NCBI GenBank assembly: GCA_041082235.1
Contig: JBDOIG010000091.1
Location: 1-52,736, forward strand
Length of the DNA stretch: 52,736 bases
Direction of reading: 5' to 3'
Source: Thermodesulfovibrionales bacterium
GTDB taxonomy: Bacteria > Nitrospirota > Thermodesulfovibrionia > Thermodesulfovibrionales > CALJEL01
The position numbers and the translations under genes are program-made. Shown piece after piece: positions 37,506 through 48,250 of the stretch. The notes beneath the pieces are model-generated. The model did not search any database, was not told the DNA's origin, and worked only from the letters and a program-made list of their open reading frames with translations. Position 1 is the stretch's first letter. Each line of letters begins with the position of its first letter.

Positions 37506-38638
37506 AATTCTTATTCTGGTTTTCTTTAGTCTTTATTATTTATACATATCTTGGATATCCTCTCCTTCTTTTAATTCTCTCTCATCTTAGGAAAAGGGAT
37601 GTTCTTAAGGGCGACATTTTGCCAAAGGTTTCTTTTATTATTGCAGCATATAATGAAGAAAGGCAGATTAAGGATAAAATTGAGAATACCCTTGCTATTG
37701 ATTATCCAAGAGATAAATTTGAAATTATAATAGTCTCTGATGCCTCTACTGATAAGACTGACAGCATTATAAAATCCTATGTACCATGTGGTATAAAATT
37801 CGTGAGATTGAGTGAAAGAAGAGGTAAAGAAACTGCACAGAAACAAGGGATAGATATATCCACTGGCGATATTTTAGTCTTTTCTGATGTTGCCACTATT
37901 TTGAGGCCTGATGCTGTTTTAAATATAGTAAAAAATTTTCAGGATTCTGCTGTGGGGTGTGTTAGTAGTACTGATAGGATTTTATCTGAGGGAAAGGCTG
38001 AAAGCGGAGAGAGCCTTTATGTGAGATATGAGATGTTTTTAAGAAAATTAGAGAGTAAATGTTATTCTCTCGTGGGCTTGAGTGGATCTTTTTTCGCTGC
38101 GAGGCGGGAAGTTTGTTTTCCGTGGTCTATAGATTGTAATAGCGATTTTAATGTGGTACTGAATTCAGTCAAAAAAGGTTTACGAGGTGTTCTTGATTTA
38201 TCAAGTATAGGTTATTACAAAAGTACGCCGGGTCGCAGAAAAGAATATCGAAGAAAATTACGCACAATAGTGAGAGGCATGCATACTTTTTTTAAGAATA
38301 TATCCTTGTTGAACTTTGTTAAATATAAAATTTTTTCATTGCAATTATTCAGTCATAAATTATGCAGGTGGCTTGTCCCATTTGCACTGATAAACTTATT
38401 TTTTAGTAATTTCTACATATTATTTACTAATAAGAATATATTTTATAATTATTCATTTGTGGCACAGTGCCTGTTTTATATAGTTGGATTTGTTTCCATG
38501 AAATTAAAAAATTTTTCATCTTTCTCTATTTTCAAAATTTCATCCTTTTTCATAATAGTAAATCTATCTGTATTAAATGCGTGGCTTTTATATCTTAAAG
38601 GTAAAAAAATTATGTATTGGGAACCAACGGAACGATAA
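37502..38638 (+). CDS. Glycosyltransferase family 2 (membrane-anchored)
   Basis: YxGYP TM, IAAYNEE, SDASTD, GK..AQ and SHKLCRW motifs. Confidence 0.92.
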   Translation: MKFLFWFSLVFIIYTYLGYPLLLLILSHLRKRDVLKGDILPKVSFIIAAYNEERQIKDKIENTLAIDYPRDKFEIIIVSDASTDKTDSIIKSYVPCGIKFVRLSERRGKETAQKQGIDISTGDILVFSDVATILRPDAVLNIVKNFQDSAVGCVSSTDRILSEGKAESGESLYVRYEMFLRKLESKCYSLVGLSGSFFAARREVCFPWSIDCNSDFNVVLNSVKKGLRGVLDLSSIGYYKSTPGRRKEYRRKLRTIVRGMHTFFKNISLLNFVKYKIFSLQLFSHKLCRWLVPFALINLFFSNFYILFTNKNIFYNYSFVAQCLFYIVGFVSMKLKNFSSFSIFKISSFFIIVNLSVLNAWLLYLKGKKIMYWEPTER

Positions 38639-38644
38639 AAATTA

Positions 38645-39652
38645 ATGATAAAATTAGGACTTAAAAGAATTATAGCTCATATCTATTCTGGCTTATCCTT
38701 TGATAGAGTAATGCCCTCTCATAAAGTTATAATTATGGTATACCATAGGGTATTACCAGAGAGCCAGCACGTATCCTTTCTACAACCAGGCATGTTTGTT
38801 ACTTCAAAAACTTTTGAAAAACACATAAAATTTCTTCTGGATAAATATAGATTTATTACCATTGAAGATCTACTGTTAAACAAAATTAAAACCACCCATA
38901 GATACTCTATCATGACCTTTGATGATGGATGGCTTGATAATTATTTATACGCGTTTCCAATTTTAAAAAAATATAATATCCCTGCAACTATTTTCCTACC
39001 TGTTGATTATATCGGTTCTAAAAAATGGTTGTGGACTGATATTATTGCCTGGTTTATTACAAACAAATCTAATGTTTTAAAAAAGATTGACTCTTTAAAG
39101 GATTTCAAAGCTATAACTCAACTTATTATCAGGACAATTACATCAAGGCATAACCTAATAAAAAAGATTGACTTTTTGCTGGAGAGCCTTAAACTTTTTC
39201 CCGAAAATGAAATTTATGAGTTTATTGAGTATTTAAAAGATAGGACTGGGTTAACCTATCCGGAGGAGAGGGTTTTCTTAAACTGGGATGAAATTATTGA
39301 GATGTCTCATGCTGGTATATCCTTTGGCTCTCATACCCGAACTCATAGAATCCTTACGCGTTTAAAAGAAGACGAGATTATATATGAACTCAGTACTTCT
39401 CTTGAGATTATTAAGCAAAAAAATATAAATTCTATTCCGATTTTATCCTATCCTAATGGAGATAAAAATAAAAAAATAGAAGAAATTGCACAGGCCTGCG
39501 GTTATATAGGTGCGGTAACTACAAACTACGGCTTTGAATCAACCCCTCCTGCTGAACCTTTTTCTTTACATAGGATCGGCGTACATCAGGATATAGCCTC
39601 ATCAGATGCCTTGTTCGCATTTCATTTATCAGGACTTAAAAGCTGGATATGA
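38645..39652 (+). CDS. Polysaccharide deacetylase (NodB/PgaB-like)
   Basis: YHRV, TFDDGW, GSHTRTH and SYPNG motifs. Confidence 0.9.
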   Translation: MIKLGLKRIIAHIYSGLSFDRVMPSHKVIIMVYHRVLPESQHVSFLQPGMFVTSKTFEKHIKFLLDKYRFITIEDLLLNKIKTTHRYSIMTFDDGWLDNYLYAFPILKKYNIPATIFLPVDYIGSKKWLWTDIIAWFITNKSNVLKKIDSLKDFKAITQLIIRTITSRHNLIKKIDFLLESLKLFPENEIYEFIEYLKDRTGLTYPEERVFLNWDEIIEMSHAGISFGSHTRTHRILTRLKEDEIIYELSTSLEIIKQKNINSIPILSYPNGDKNKKIEEIAQACGYIGAVTTNYGFESTPPAEPFSLHRIGVHQDIASSDALFAFHLSGLKSWI

Positions 39653-40749
39653 CAAAAACTATTCTTCATATTTTTTCTGGTGATTTATGGGCAGGTGCTG
39701 AGGTCATGATTTATAATCTTTTAAGGTGTCTTAAAAATTACCCTGGTCTCAGCATAATCGCACTTTCTATGAATGAGGGTGAGCTTACTGAAAGATTAAG
39801 AAAGGAGAATGTAGAGCTGTACATAATAGACGAACAGCAACATTCTTTTCTTACTATTTTATTAAAGACTAAAAGTCTTTTTAAATACAGGGAAATTGAT
39901 ATCATCCATTCTCACAGATACAAGGAGAATCTGCTGGCTTTATTAGCTGGGCGAATGCTTGGCATATCAAAACTGGTCACCACAGTACATGGTCTCCAAG
40001 AGGTTGCTTATAATACTGGATCAGAAAATAGCATTTCATGGAAAGCGAATGTTGATTACTATATATTAAAGAAAAAATTTACAGTTGTAGCTGTTTCTGA
40101 AGCTATGAAAAAAGTTTTTGTAAAGCAGTTAGGTTTTATGCATGACATGGTAAAGGTAATCCATAACGGAATTGATGTATCAAACTTTTTTACAGCAAAA
40201 AAATTTTTTTCAGATGATTCCATCCTTCATATTGGCACTGTAGGAAGGCTTGTTCCTGTAAAAGGGTTTGATTTGTTTCTTGCGATTGCGTGTGAGGTCA
40301 GGAATAAGGTAGAGGGGATTAAATTCAGTATTCTTGGAGATGGGCCGATGAGAGATTTTCTTAAGAATAGAGCTGAGGAATTAGGGCTGAATGGATTCGT
40401 AGAATTCAAGGGACATCTCAACAACCCCCAGTCATATTACCAGGGTCTTGATATTTTTATTAATACCTCATTTCATGAGGGTATTCCTATGAGTGTACTT
40501 GAGGCAATGGCATGCGGAGTACCTGTAATTGCACCAAAAGTGGGAGGGATTCCTGAGATTATAAGAAACGGAATAGATGGATTTCTTGTGAAAAGAGAAA
40601 AAGATAGCTTTGTGAAAGCGTGTATGAATCTTATTTCAAATAGAGAACTGCTTTTTCAAATGTCAGAGAACTGTAAACAGAGGATTAAGGATTACTTCAG
40701 CGCTGAAAGAATGGCTGAGCAATATAGACAACTTTATAACAGTATTTAG
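39649..40749 (+). CDS. Glycosyltransferase family 4
   Basis: AGAE, IHNGID, VGRLVPVKG and EGIPMSVLEAMACG motifs. Confidence 0.93.
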   Translation: MTKTILHIFSGDLWAGAEVMIYNLLRCLKNYPGLSIIALSMNEGELTERLRKENVELYIIDEQQHSFLTILLKTKSLFKYREIDIIHSHRYKENLLALLAGRMLGISKLVTTVHGLQEVAYNTGSENSISWKANVDYYILKKKFTVVAVSEAMKKVFVKQLGFMHDMVKVIHNGIDVSNFFTAKKFFSDDSILHIGTVGRLVPVKGFDLFLAIACEVRNKVEGIKFSILGDGPMRDFLKNRAEELGLNGFVEFKGHLNNPQSYYQGLDIFINTSFHEGIPMSVLEAMACGVPVIAPKVGGIPEIIRNGIDGFLVKREKDSFVKACMNLISNRELLFQMSENCKQRIKDYFSAERMAEQYRQLYNSI

Positions 40750-40751
40750 CA

Positions 40752-41912
40752 ATGGAAAAGGTTCTTGTCCTTGACGGTAATGAAAGGCCGGCCCTTGCAA
40801 TAACACGTTCTATTGGTAAAAGAGGGATTCAAGTTGTTGTAGGTGCTGAGAAAGCGGAATCCTTAGCTGGAGTATCAAGGTATTGCAGTGAAAGACTTTT
40901 GTATCCGTCACCGATGCATAACTCTAATGAGTTTCTAAATACTATCACTCAGGAAATTAAAAAAAGAGCAATAACTATCATCTATCCTGTTACAGAGATT
41001 ATGACCTATCTAATTCTTAAATATAGAGACAGATTTGAGGGGATTAAAATACCATTTGCAAGCTTTGATAAATTTGAAATTCTCACAAATAAGATAAGAC
41101 TGATGAAACTTGCAGAGAAACTAAATGTTCCAATCCCTGAAACTCGCTATATCTCTAATATAGAAGATATTTATGTGCTGAAGGATAAACTCAAATATCC
41201 AGTAGTTATCAAGCCCTGCAGGTCACGCATCCTTACAGAGAGGGGCTGGATAACTGCCTCTGTTAAATATGCCTATACGGAGGATGAACTTATTAAAACA
41301 GTTAAAAATACCTCTTATTTTAAGAGTCATCCCTTTTTAATCCAGCAGTTTATTAAAGGAGAGGGGAGGGGGGTATTTGCTCTTTATAATCATGGCCAGC
41401 CTATAATATTTTTTGCCCACAGGAGGTTGAGGGAAAAACCTCCTTCAGGAGGTGTAAGTGTCTTATGTGAAAGTGTTCCAGTAGACCCGGTTCTGAGAGA
41501 ATATGCAGAGAGGATATTGAACCACGTTCAATGGCATGGGGTGGCAATGGTAGAATTTAAGATTTCTGAAGAGGGTTTACCGTACTTGATTGAAGTTAAT
41601 GCCAGGTTCTGGGGCTCTTTACAGCTTGCTATTGATGCAGGTGTTGATTTTCCTTGGCTTTTATATCAGATTGAAACGGGAATATGTCTTGATAGAGTCA
41701 ATAACTACAGAAAAGGCATAAAATTGCGTTGGCTTTTAGGGGATCTTGACAATCTTTATCTTACATTTAAAAGCCGTACTAATATCGTAGCCAAGATTTT
41801 TTCTTTAATTCGATTTCTTAATTTATTTGCACGCAATACTCATTACGAAATAAATAGATTATACGACTTTAAACCATTTTTATTTGAATTAAAACAATAC
41901 GTTAAACATTAA
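40752..41912 (+). CDS. ATP-grasp ligase
   Basis: RSIG, VPIPET, PVVIKP, HRRLREKPPSGGVS, MVEFK and EVNARFWGS motifs. Confidence 0.88.
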   Translation: MEKVLVLDGNERPALAITRSIGKRGIQVVVGAEKAESLAGVSRYCSERLLYPSPMHNSNEFLNTITQEIKKRAITIIYPVTEIMTYLILKYRDRFEGIKIPFASFDKFEILTNKIRLMKLAEKLNVPIPETRYISNIEDIYVLKDKLKYPVVIKPCRSRILTERGWITASVKYAYTEDELIKTVKNTSYFKSHPFLIQQFIKGEGRGVFALYNHGQPIIFFAHRRLREKPPSGGVSVLCESVPVDPVLREYAERILNHVQWHGVAMVEFKISEEGLPYLIEVNARFWGSLQLAIDAGVDFPWLLYQIETGICLDRVNNYRKGIKLRWLLGDLDNLYLTFKSRTNIVAKIFSLIRFLNLFARNTHYEINRLYDFKPFLFELKQYVKH

Positions 41913-41920
41913 ATATTTAA

Positions 41921-42649
41921 ATGTATTTTAAAGGTATTATTCACGTTCATTCAAATTATTCCTATGATGGTTATCATACCATCAGTGAGATAGCAGAGTG
42001 GGGTAAAAAAAGAGGATATAGTTTTATCTGTATGAGTGAGCATTCTGAGACTTTTGATGAAAAAAAGATGTTGAATTACGTTGAAGAATGTAAAAATGTT
42101 TCAACATCAGGGTTGTTAATAATACCGGGAATAGAATTTAGCTGTAATAATGGTTTGCATATTTTAGGATTGGGAATTAAAGAGTTCATTCATTCATCGG
42201 AACCAGTTGAAATAGTGCAATTTATTAAAGAACAGAATGGATTAATAATTATTGCTCATCCAAGTCGTTATAATTATCAGATACCTTTAAATCTTATTGG
42301 ATATGTAAATGGAATTGAAATCTGGAATGCAGCATATGATGGACGATTTATTCCAAATCCTGATTCAATTGCTCTTTTTAGAAAAATAGATAGACGTTAT
42401 GCTTTTTTTGCATATGGCGGTCTTGATTTTCACAAAATTTCTGATAATTTTAATATTGAAATAATAGTTTTTTGTAATGAAATAAAAAATATTTTATTAG
42501 CACTGCAGAATGGAAATTTTGTGATGTCTAATTCTTATTTTACGATTGATTCATTGTGTAGATTGAGTCAGATAAAATATGCTCAAATATTTATAATGCG
42601 AAAGCTTTATCTTTTTATGAAGGCAGTGCGCGATTATATATTGGAATAA
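41921..42649 (+). CDS. PHP-domain phosphoesterase
   Basis: HVHSNYSYDG, SEH, GIEF, AHP and GGLDFH motifs. Confidence 0.82.
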   Translation: MYFKGIIHVHSNYSYDGYHTISEIAEWGKKRGYSFICMSEHSETFDEKKMLNYVEECKNVSTSGLLIIPGIEFSCNNGLHILGLGIKEFIHSSEPVEIVQFIKEQNGLIIIAHPSRYNYQIPLNLIGYVNGIEIWNAAYDGRFIPNPDSIALFRKIDRRYAFFAYGGLDFHKISDNFNIEIIVFCNEIKNILLALQNGNFVMSNSYFTIDSLCRLSQIKYAQIFIMRKLYLFMKAVRDYILE

Positions 42650-42678
42650 ATTTTAATTGAAGCAAAATAAACAATATC

Positions 42679-44163
42679 ATGAGAGAAGATATTTTAAAAA
42701 TTACCCGTCATACACTAATTTATAGTGCTGGAACAATAATTAATAGAGCTATAGGATTTATTATGTTACCCGTTTATACGCGATATTTGTCTCCTGCTGA
42801 TTATGGCACTATTGAATTATTAACGATGACCTTGGATATCATTTCTCTTATAATGGGGATGGGAGTTTCTGCAACTGTTTTTAAATATTATTTTGAATAT
42901 GAAAGCTCAATAGAAAAAAAAGAAGTCATAAGTACATCCATTATATTATTAACCTCGCTGTGGCTTATAACTTCAATAGCGGGCCTTTTTTTTTCAAATA
43001 AACTTTCATTAATAGTATTCAAGCATGAAGAAAATGGTTATTACTTCAAATTACTATTTATAATTCATTTTTTGCAATCTAGTATGGTTACTATACCTTT
43101 TATGTTTATAAGAGCAATGGAGAATTCAAAACTCTTTGTTTATCTTAACTTGATAAAGCTGATCATGCAAGTTTCTTTCAATATACTTTTTGTAGTTAGA
43201 TTAAAGATGGGTATACTTGGAATTCTATATAGCACTTTGTTGACAGATTTTATTTTGGGTTCATATCTTGTTTTTTTTACATTTCGTAGAGTTGGTTTCA
43301 GATTTTCTATATCTAAATGTCAAAAAATGGTTAAATTTGGATACTTTTTTGTTTTTGCTTCATTAAGCAGTTTTATTCTTACCTATTCTGACCGCTATTT
43401 CTTAAATATCTTTAGTGAGCTTAGAACAGTTGGAATTTATGCGCTTGCATATAAATTTGGATTTCTGCTTGGTTATCTAACTGTTGGACCTTTTATGCAA
43501 ATATGGGAACCTTATAGATTTGAGATTGCCAAGAAAGATTACGCTTTGCAATTTTTTAAAAGAATGTTTTTATATTTCAATATTGCTGTTATAACATTTT
43601 CTCTTTTAATTTCCCTTTTTGTAAAGGATGCTTTAGTTATAATGGCTGCACCATCTTATCTTGAGGCTTATAAAATTGTTCCAATAATCATTATAGCTTT
43701 TATATTTCAGGCATGGACATATTACTGTAACATCGGAATTTATATTAAAGAAAAAAGTAAATATATGGCCTTAGCATATATAAGCTCGGCTGTGAGTGTT
43801 ATTATTTTAAATTTTATCTTGATTCCGAAATATGGAGGGTATGGCGCAGCATTTGCTGCAGTTGGAGCATTCTTTATAAGATTTATTTTAACTTTAATAT
43901 TTTCTCAAAAATTTTATCATGTAAATTATGATTGGAATAAACAATTATCATTGCTAATCTCATCAATATTTATTTATCTAATCAGTAGATTTCTGAATAT
44001 ATCAGGTCTCGCAATTTCACTCGGTATTAATACTATCTTAATTTTATTATTTCTAATAATCATTTATTTATTCTTTTTGGATTATTCTGAAAGAAATTTC
44101 ATTAAAAAAACTGTTAGAAATTCAATAGCTTCTATTAAAGCATTAGCTTCGTATCGGCTTTAA
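42679..44163 (+). CDS. wzx: Oligosaccharide flippase
   Basis: LPVYTRYLSPADYG, DRYFL, VGIY and LIPKYGxxGAA motifs; many TM segments. Confidence 0.9.
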   Translation: MREDILKITRHTLIYSAGTIINRAIGFIMLPVYTRYLSPADYGTIELLTMTLDIISLIMGMGVSATVFKYYFEYESSIEKKEVISTSIILLTSLWLITSIAGLFFSNKLSLIVFKHEENGYYFKLLFIIHFLQSSMVTIPFMFIRAMENSKLFVYLNLIKLIMQVSFNILFVVRLKMGILGILYSTLLTDFILGSYLVFFTFRRVGFRFSISKCQKMVKFGYFFVFASLSSFILTYSDRYFLNIFSELRTVGIYALAYKFGFLLGYLTVGPFMQIWEPYRFEIAKKDYALQFFKRMFLYFNIAVITFSLLISLFVKDALVIMAAPSYLEAYKIVPIIIIAFIFQAWTYYCNIGIYIKEKSKYMALAYISSAVSVIILNFILIPKYGGYGAAFAAVGAFFIRFILTLIFSQKFYHVNYDWNKQLSLLISSIFIYLISRFLNISGLAISLGINTILILLFLIIIYLFFLDYSERNFIKKTVRNSIASIKALASYRL

Positions 44164-44165
44164 AT

Positions 44166-45356
44166 ATGAGCCTTTTTTTCACTATTGCTTATCTAATTGC
44201 TGAATATATGCGACCGCAGTCCATGTATGAAGCACTTGCTGGTTTGCCGTTTGCGCTGCTCACAATAATCGGAATTATACTTTCTTTTGTATTAGAAAGA
44301 AGGCAGCTAAACAACTATAATTTTCAAAATGTACTTATAGTTATTTTTTTAATTCAGATATTTATTTCTTATCAGTTTGCTTTTAATCAAGAATTAGCTC
44401 GGCAGCCATTAATAGATTTTGCTAAATTGGTAATTATATATTTTCTATTAATTAATATAGTCAATGAGAGAAAAAAATTGTACTGGTTTGTTGTTGTTTT
44501 GTTACTAATTCATTTTAAATCTGCCCAGCATCTTGTAAGACAGTTAATTGCATTAAATTTTAATATAGGGACTGGGCTATTTGGTGGTGCTGGTCTTTTT
44601 GCAAACCCTGGTGATTTGGGTACAGCTTTGGTGGCATTTTGGGGTATAAGTTATTACATGATAAGAGTAGAACATGTAAGATTGTTCAGATTTTTTAACT
44701 TAAAATGGTTTTTCATTATTACAACGATTACAATGCCGATTGCTATTGTAGCTACAAACACAAGAGGGGCTTCGCTCGGATGTGGAGTTAGCTTATTATA
44801 TATATGGTATAAAAGTAAAAAGAAATTCATTGCAGCTATAATTATAATCACAATGATTCTAATGTTTACAGCATTTATTCCTAACTGGGAAAGGTATAAA
44901 CAGATAGGAACGGAGGAGGATGCGACAGGGCAACAAAGAATTATTCTCTGGGGGGCCTCTATTAAGATGGCAAATGAATATCCACTTGCTGGAGTTGGTC
45001 CAAATAATTTTGTATTTGTTAATAAAAATTATTTTGGTTCTGAGTTACAACTCGTGCAACATAATATTTTTTTCCAGGTTTTATCAGAGCTTGGCTATCC
45101 CGGGCTTGTTTTATTTTTATTAATGATCATAGGCTGTTTCTATAATCAGTGGATGGCTCGGAAAATTTTAAAGGAAAGGAATATCCATGATCCATTTTTA
45201 TACTGGTTATCTCATGGATTAGATGTTAGTTTAATAGGATTTATTATTGCAGCTTTTTTTGTTTCAGTATTCTATTATCCCCTTTTTTGGTCACTTCTTA
45301 TATTAAGTGTTTCATTGATAGACTCGGTAAAAAAGCTTTGCAGAAATAATTCTTAA
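44166..45356 (+). CDS. Wzy/O-antigen ligase family polymerase
   Basis: Multi-TM protein with NPGDLG, TRG, RxxLW, PLAGVG and HNIFFQVLSELG motifs. Confidence 0.85.
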   Translation: MSLFFTIAYLIAEYMRPQSMYEALAGLPFALLTIIGIILSFVLERRQLNNYNFQNVLIVIFLIQIFISYQFAFNQELARQPLIDFAKLVIIYFLLINIVNERKKLYWFVVVLLLIHFKSAQHLVRQLIALNFNIGTGLFGGAGLFANPGDLGTALVAFWGISYYMIRVEHVRLFRFFNLKWFFIITTITMPIAIVATNTRGASLGCGVSLLYIWYKSKKKFIAAIIIITMILMFTAFIPNWERYKQIGTEEDATGQQRIILWGASIKMANEYPLAGVGPNNFVFVNKNYFGSELQLVQHNIFFQVLSELGYPGLVLFLLMIIGCFYNQWMARKILKERNIHDPFLYWLSHGLDVSLIGFIIAAFFVSVFYYPLFWSLLILSVSLIDSVKKLCRNNS

Positions 45357-45364
45357 AAATTACA

Positions 45365-46411
45365 ATGATTAGTGTTATTATACCAACCTATAACTGTAGT
45401 GACTACATAATAGAAGCCATTGAGAGTGTTCTAAATCAGACATATAAGGATGTAGAAATTATTGTTATAGATGATGGGTCTACAGATGATACCTATAAAA
45501 TTTTAAAACCTTACCTGCATAAGATTAAGTATATTTACCAGGATAATAGTGGGCCCTCAAGAGCAAGGAATGTGGGTATTCAAGAGGCAAAAGGAGAATA
45601 TATTGCCTTTCTTGATGCTGACGATAAGTGGAGGACATTTAAAATATATCTTCAACTATCCTTGCTGGAAGCTCTTCCTGATGTTAATATGATTTTTTCA
45701 AATTATGCGGTGATAGACAAAAATGGGACTTTAATTGTAGATTCCTATATAGAAAAAGGTTTTCCTATTTTTTCTGAATATAAAGTAAAAATTAAAGGCA
45801 TTTTTAATAAGGTAATCCCCATAAAAAAGATTTGTAATTTTGATGGTCTTTTATCCGATAGTTATGTATATTACGGTAATATATTTGATAAATTATTTAT
45901 GGGAAATTTTATACTTCCTTCTACTGAAATAATCAGGAGATCAAGTTTGCGACCTCCTTTTTTGTTTAATGAGAAATATAAGTGTGCTGTGGATCAAGAT
46001 TTTCATCTCAGGTTTTCTAAAAACCATAAGATCGCATATATTGATATTTCTACAACTGAATATAGAATAAATAGAAAAGGTCAGCTTTCTGGTAAACAAA
46101 ACACCTCACAATTAATTTTAAATACCATAGAGACAAGGCTTAGAGTGATTAATGAAGATAGTGAATTTTTATCGCAAAAAAGAGGTTTAATTAAAAAGGT
46201 CCTGGCAAAAGACTTTTTGCGGCTTTCATATTATTATTTAAGTGAATTAGATATGAAAAGTTCAAGAAAATATGCTATTTCAAGCTTAAGATATAAGCCC
46301 TTATTAATAAAGTCATGGGTTATCTTTTTGTCTTCTTTTTTTCCGCCCTTTGTATTATCTCTAATTCGCTCGTTTAAATTTTTTATAAAATCTTTATCAT
46401 CTAAAAAATGA
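45365..46411 (+). CDS. Glycosyltransferase family 2
   Basis: SVIIPTYN, DDGSTD, ARNVG and FLDADD motifs. Confidence 0.93.
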   Translation: MISVIIPTYNCSDYIIEAIESVLNQTYKDVEIIVIDDGSTDDTYKILKPYLHKIKYIYQDNSGPSRARNVGIQEAKGEYIAFLDADDKWRTFKIYLQLSLLEALPDVNMIFSNYAVIDKNGTLIVDSYIEKGFPIFSEYKVKIKGIFNKVIPIKKICNFDGLLSDSYVYYGNIFDKLFMGNFILPSTEIIRRSSLRPPFLFNEKYKCAVDQDFHLRFSKNHKIAYIDISTTEYRINRKGQLSGKQNTSQLILNTIETRLRVINEDSEFLSQKRGLIKKVLAKDFLRLSYYYLSELDMKSSRKYAISSLRYKPLLIKSWVIFLSSFFPPFVLSLIRSFKFFIKSLSSKK

Positions 46412-47517
46412 AAAAAGGGGTTATTCTGCAACTTATTGAGTCGTGGGGTCCTGGTGGAGCCGAGACCATTGTTTTAGAATTATGCAAAAAATTATCTGAG
46501 AGGTCTTTTTATCCAGTTGTAGGATTGTTAAAGGATGGTTGGCTAAATCAGGAGCTTTCAAGGCATGGCATAGAGACTGTAATTATTAAAAATAAATATT
46601 CTTGTGACCCTTTTTGTTTATGGCAATTAGTTAAAATTATCAGAATGCGGAAAATAGACATTATTCATTCGCATGAGTTTATGATGAATGTTTATGGAAC
46701 TGTAGCCTCAATTTTAACGAATAAGCCAATAATAAATACTATACATGGGAAAAATTACTACTGGGAGAAATGGCGTAGGATATTGGCTTATCGGTTTATG
46801 GGGCATTTTGCTACTAAAGTAGTTGCGGTTTCTGAGGATTTGAAAAATTTTGTTGCTGACAGGACCGGGATAAACAGGGATAAGATATCTGTTATTTATA
46901 ACGGTATTGACTTGAATAAATACAATATAAAAAATTCATGCGATATATTGAAGATAAAAAAAGAGCTTATGTTAAACAATGTGGTTATTGGTAGTGTTGG
47001 TAACATTTATCCTGTTAAAGGATATCTGTACCTGATTCAGGCCGCCAGTAAGGTTATTAAAAGAATTCCTGATATTACTTTTTTAATAATAGGGAAAAAA
47101 ACACCTTATTTTGATGAATTAAAAAGAATCGTAGATAATTTAGGTATTAATGGTCATATAAATTTTTTAGGGTTTAGAAATGATGTGCAAGATTTGCTGG
47201 CCTTATTTGATTTATATGTTTCTCCTTCCTTATCAGAGGGTTTATCTTTATCTATTTTGCAAGCTATGGCAGCAGGTAAACCTGTAATTGCAACTGATGT
47301 AGGTGGAAATCAAGAAATAATAAGGCATGGTGAAACTGGCATTTTAATATCACCTCAAAACTCTGAGATGTTAGCAGATAGTATTCTTATGTTATTGGAA
47401 AATAAAACCTTGGCAAATAAACTCGGGATGGCTGCCAGAAAAGTAGTCAAGGAGAAATTTTCTATAAATTGCATGATAGATAATTATATTAAACTTTATG
47501 AATCTTGCAAAGTTTAA
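46408..47517 (+). CDS. Glycosyltransferase family 4
   Basis: GGAE, IYNGID, VKG and SEGLSLSILQAMAAGKPVIATDVGG motifs. Confidence 0.93.
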   Translation: MKKGVILQLIESWGPGGAETIVLELCKKLSERSFYPVVGLLKDGWLNQELSRHGIETVIIKNKYSCDPFCLWQLVKIIRMRKIDIIHSHEFMMNVYGTVASILTNKPIINTIHGKNYYWEKWRRILAYRFMGHFATKVVAVSEDLKNFVADRTGINRDKISVIYNGIDLNKYNIKNSCDILKIKKELMLNNVVIGSVGNIYPVKGYLYLIQAASKVIKRIPDITFLIIGKKTPYFDELKRIVDNLGINGHINFLGFRNDVQDLLALFDLYVSPSLSEGLSLSILQAMAAGKPVIATDVGGNQEIIRHGETGILISPQNSEMLADSILMLLENKTLANKLGMAARKVVKEKFSINCMIDNYIKLYESCKV

Positions 47518-48169
47518 AAATAATAAAATTATTAAAAAGATATTTCATATGCGATTACCTTATTTCAAAACTTATGCAGAATTGCTTGTTCTATTCAGAA
47601 CAATCATAAAATTCTTTTTTATGTGGTTAAAAAATGTATTATTTTTTGACCAAATGATCCGCTATCAATGTAATGAGGTAGGGAGAAATATTTTCTTCTG
47701 GGGTACATATCCACTTATACAGAATAAAGGATATATAAAAATAGGGGATAATGTTAGTTTTGTCGGTCGTAACAATATTATAGTGGGTTTTAATATTCCG
47801 GAGATTGAGAGGCCAACTTTAATAATTGGTAATAATGTAAATATTGGCTTTGGTTGCGAAATAAATGTTGGAGAAAAAGTCATTATTGGGGACAATGTAC
47901 TTATAGCTACTGGTGTTAGAATATTTGATAATAATTCTCATCCAACTAATCCTGTTAAAAGGATAAATAGAGAACCTTTGAGTAAAGATGATATAGCCCC
48001 TGTAATAATAGAAGATAATGTATGGATTGGCACCGGAGCTTTAATACTTAAGGGAGTGAGAATTGGAAAAGGTTCTGTAGTAGGTGCTTGTTCAGTTGTA
48101 ACAAAGGATGTCCCTGAAAATGTAATAGTAGTTGGTAATCCAGCGAGAATTGTAAAAGAAATAAAGTAA
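47498..48169 (+). CDS. Left-handed beta-helix O-acyltransferase
   Basis: Hexapeptide repeats; IEDNVWIG...GVRIG...SVVTKDVP...GNPAR. Confidence 0.9.
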   Translation: MNLAKFKNNKIIKKIFHMRLPYFKTYAELLVLFRTIIKFFFMWLKNVLFFDQMIRYQCNEVGRNIFFWGTYPLIQNKGYIKIGDNVSFVGRNNIIVGFNIPEIERPTLIIGNNVNIGFGCEINVGEKVIIGDNVLIATGVRIFDNNSHPTNPVKRINREPLSKDDIAPVIIEDNVWIGTGALILKGVRIGKGSVVGACSVVTKDVPENVIVVGNPARIVKEIK

Positions 48170-48250
48170 AATTTTAATTCACAGATTGGAAATATAAATT
48201 TATTTAAATATTTACCTCATAAGTTCCAATTTGCTATATCATTCGTAAAA

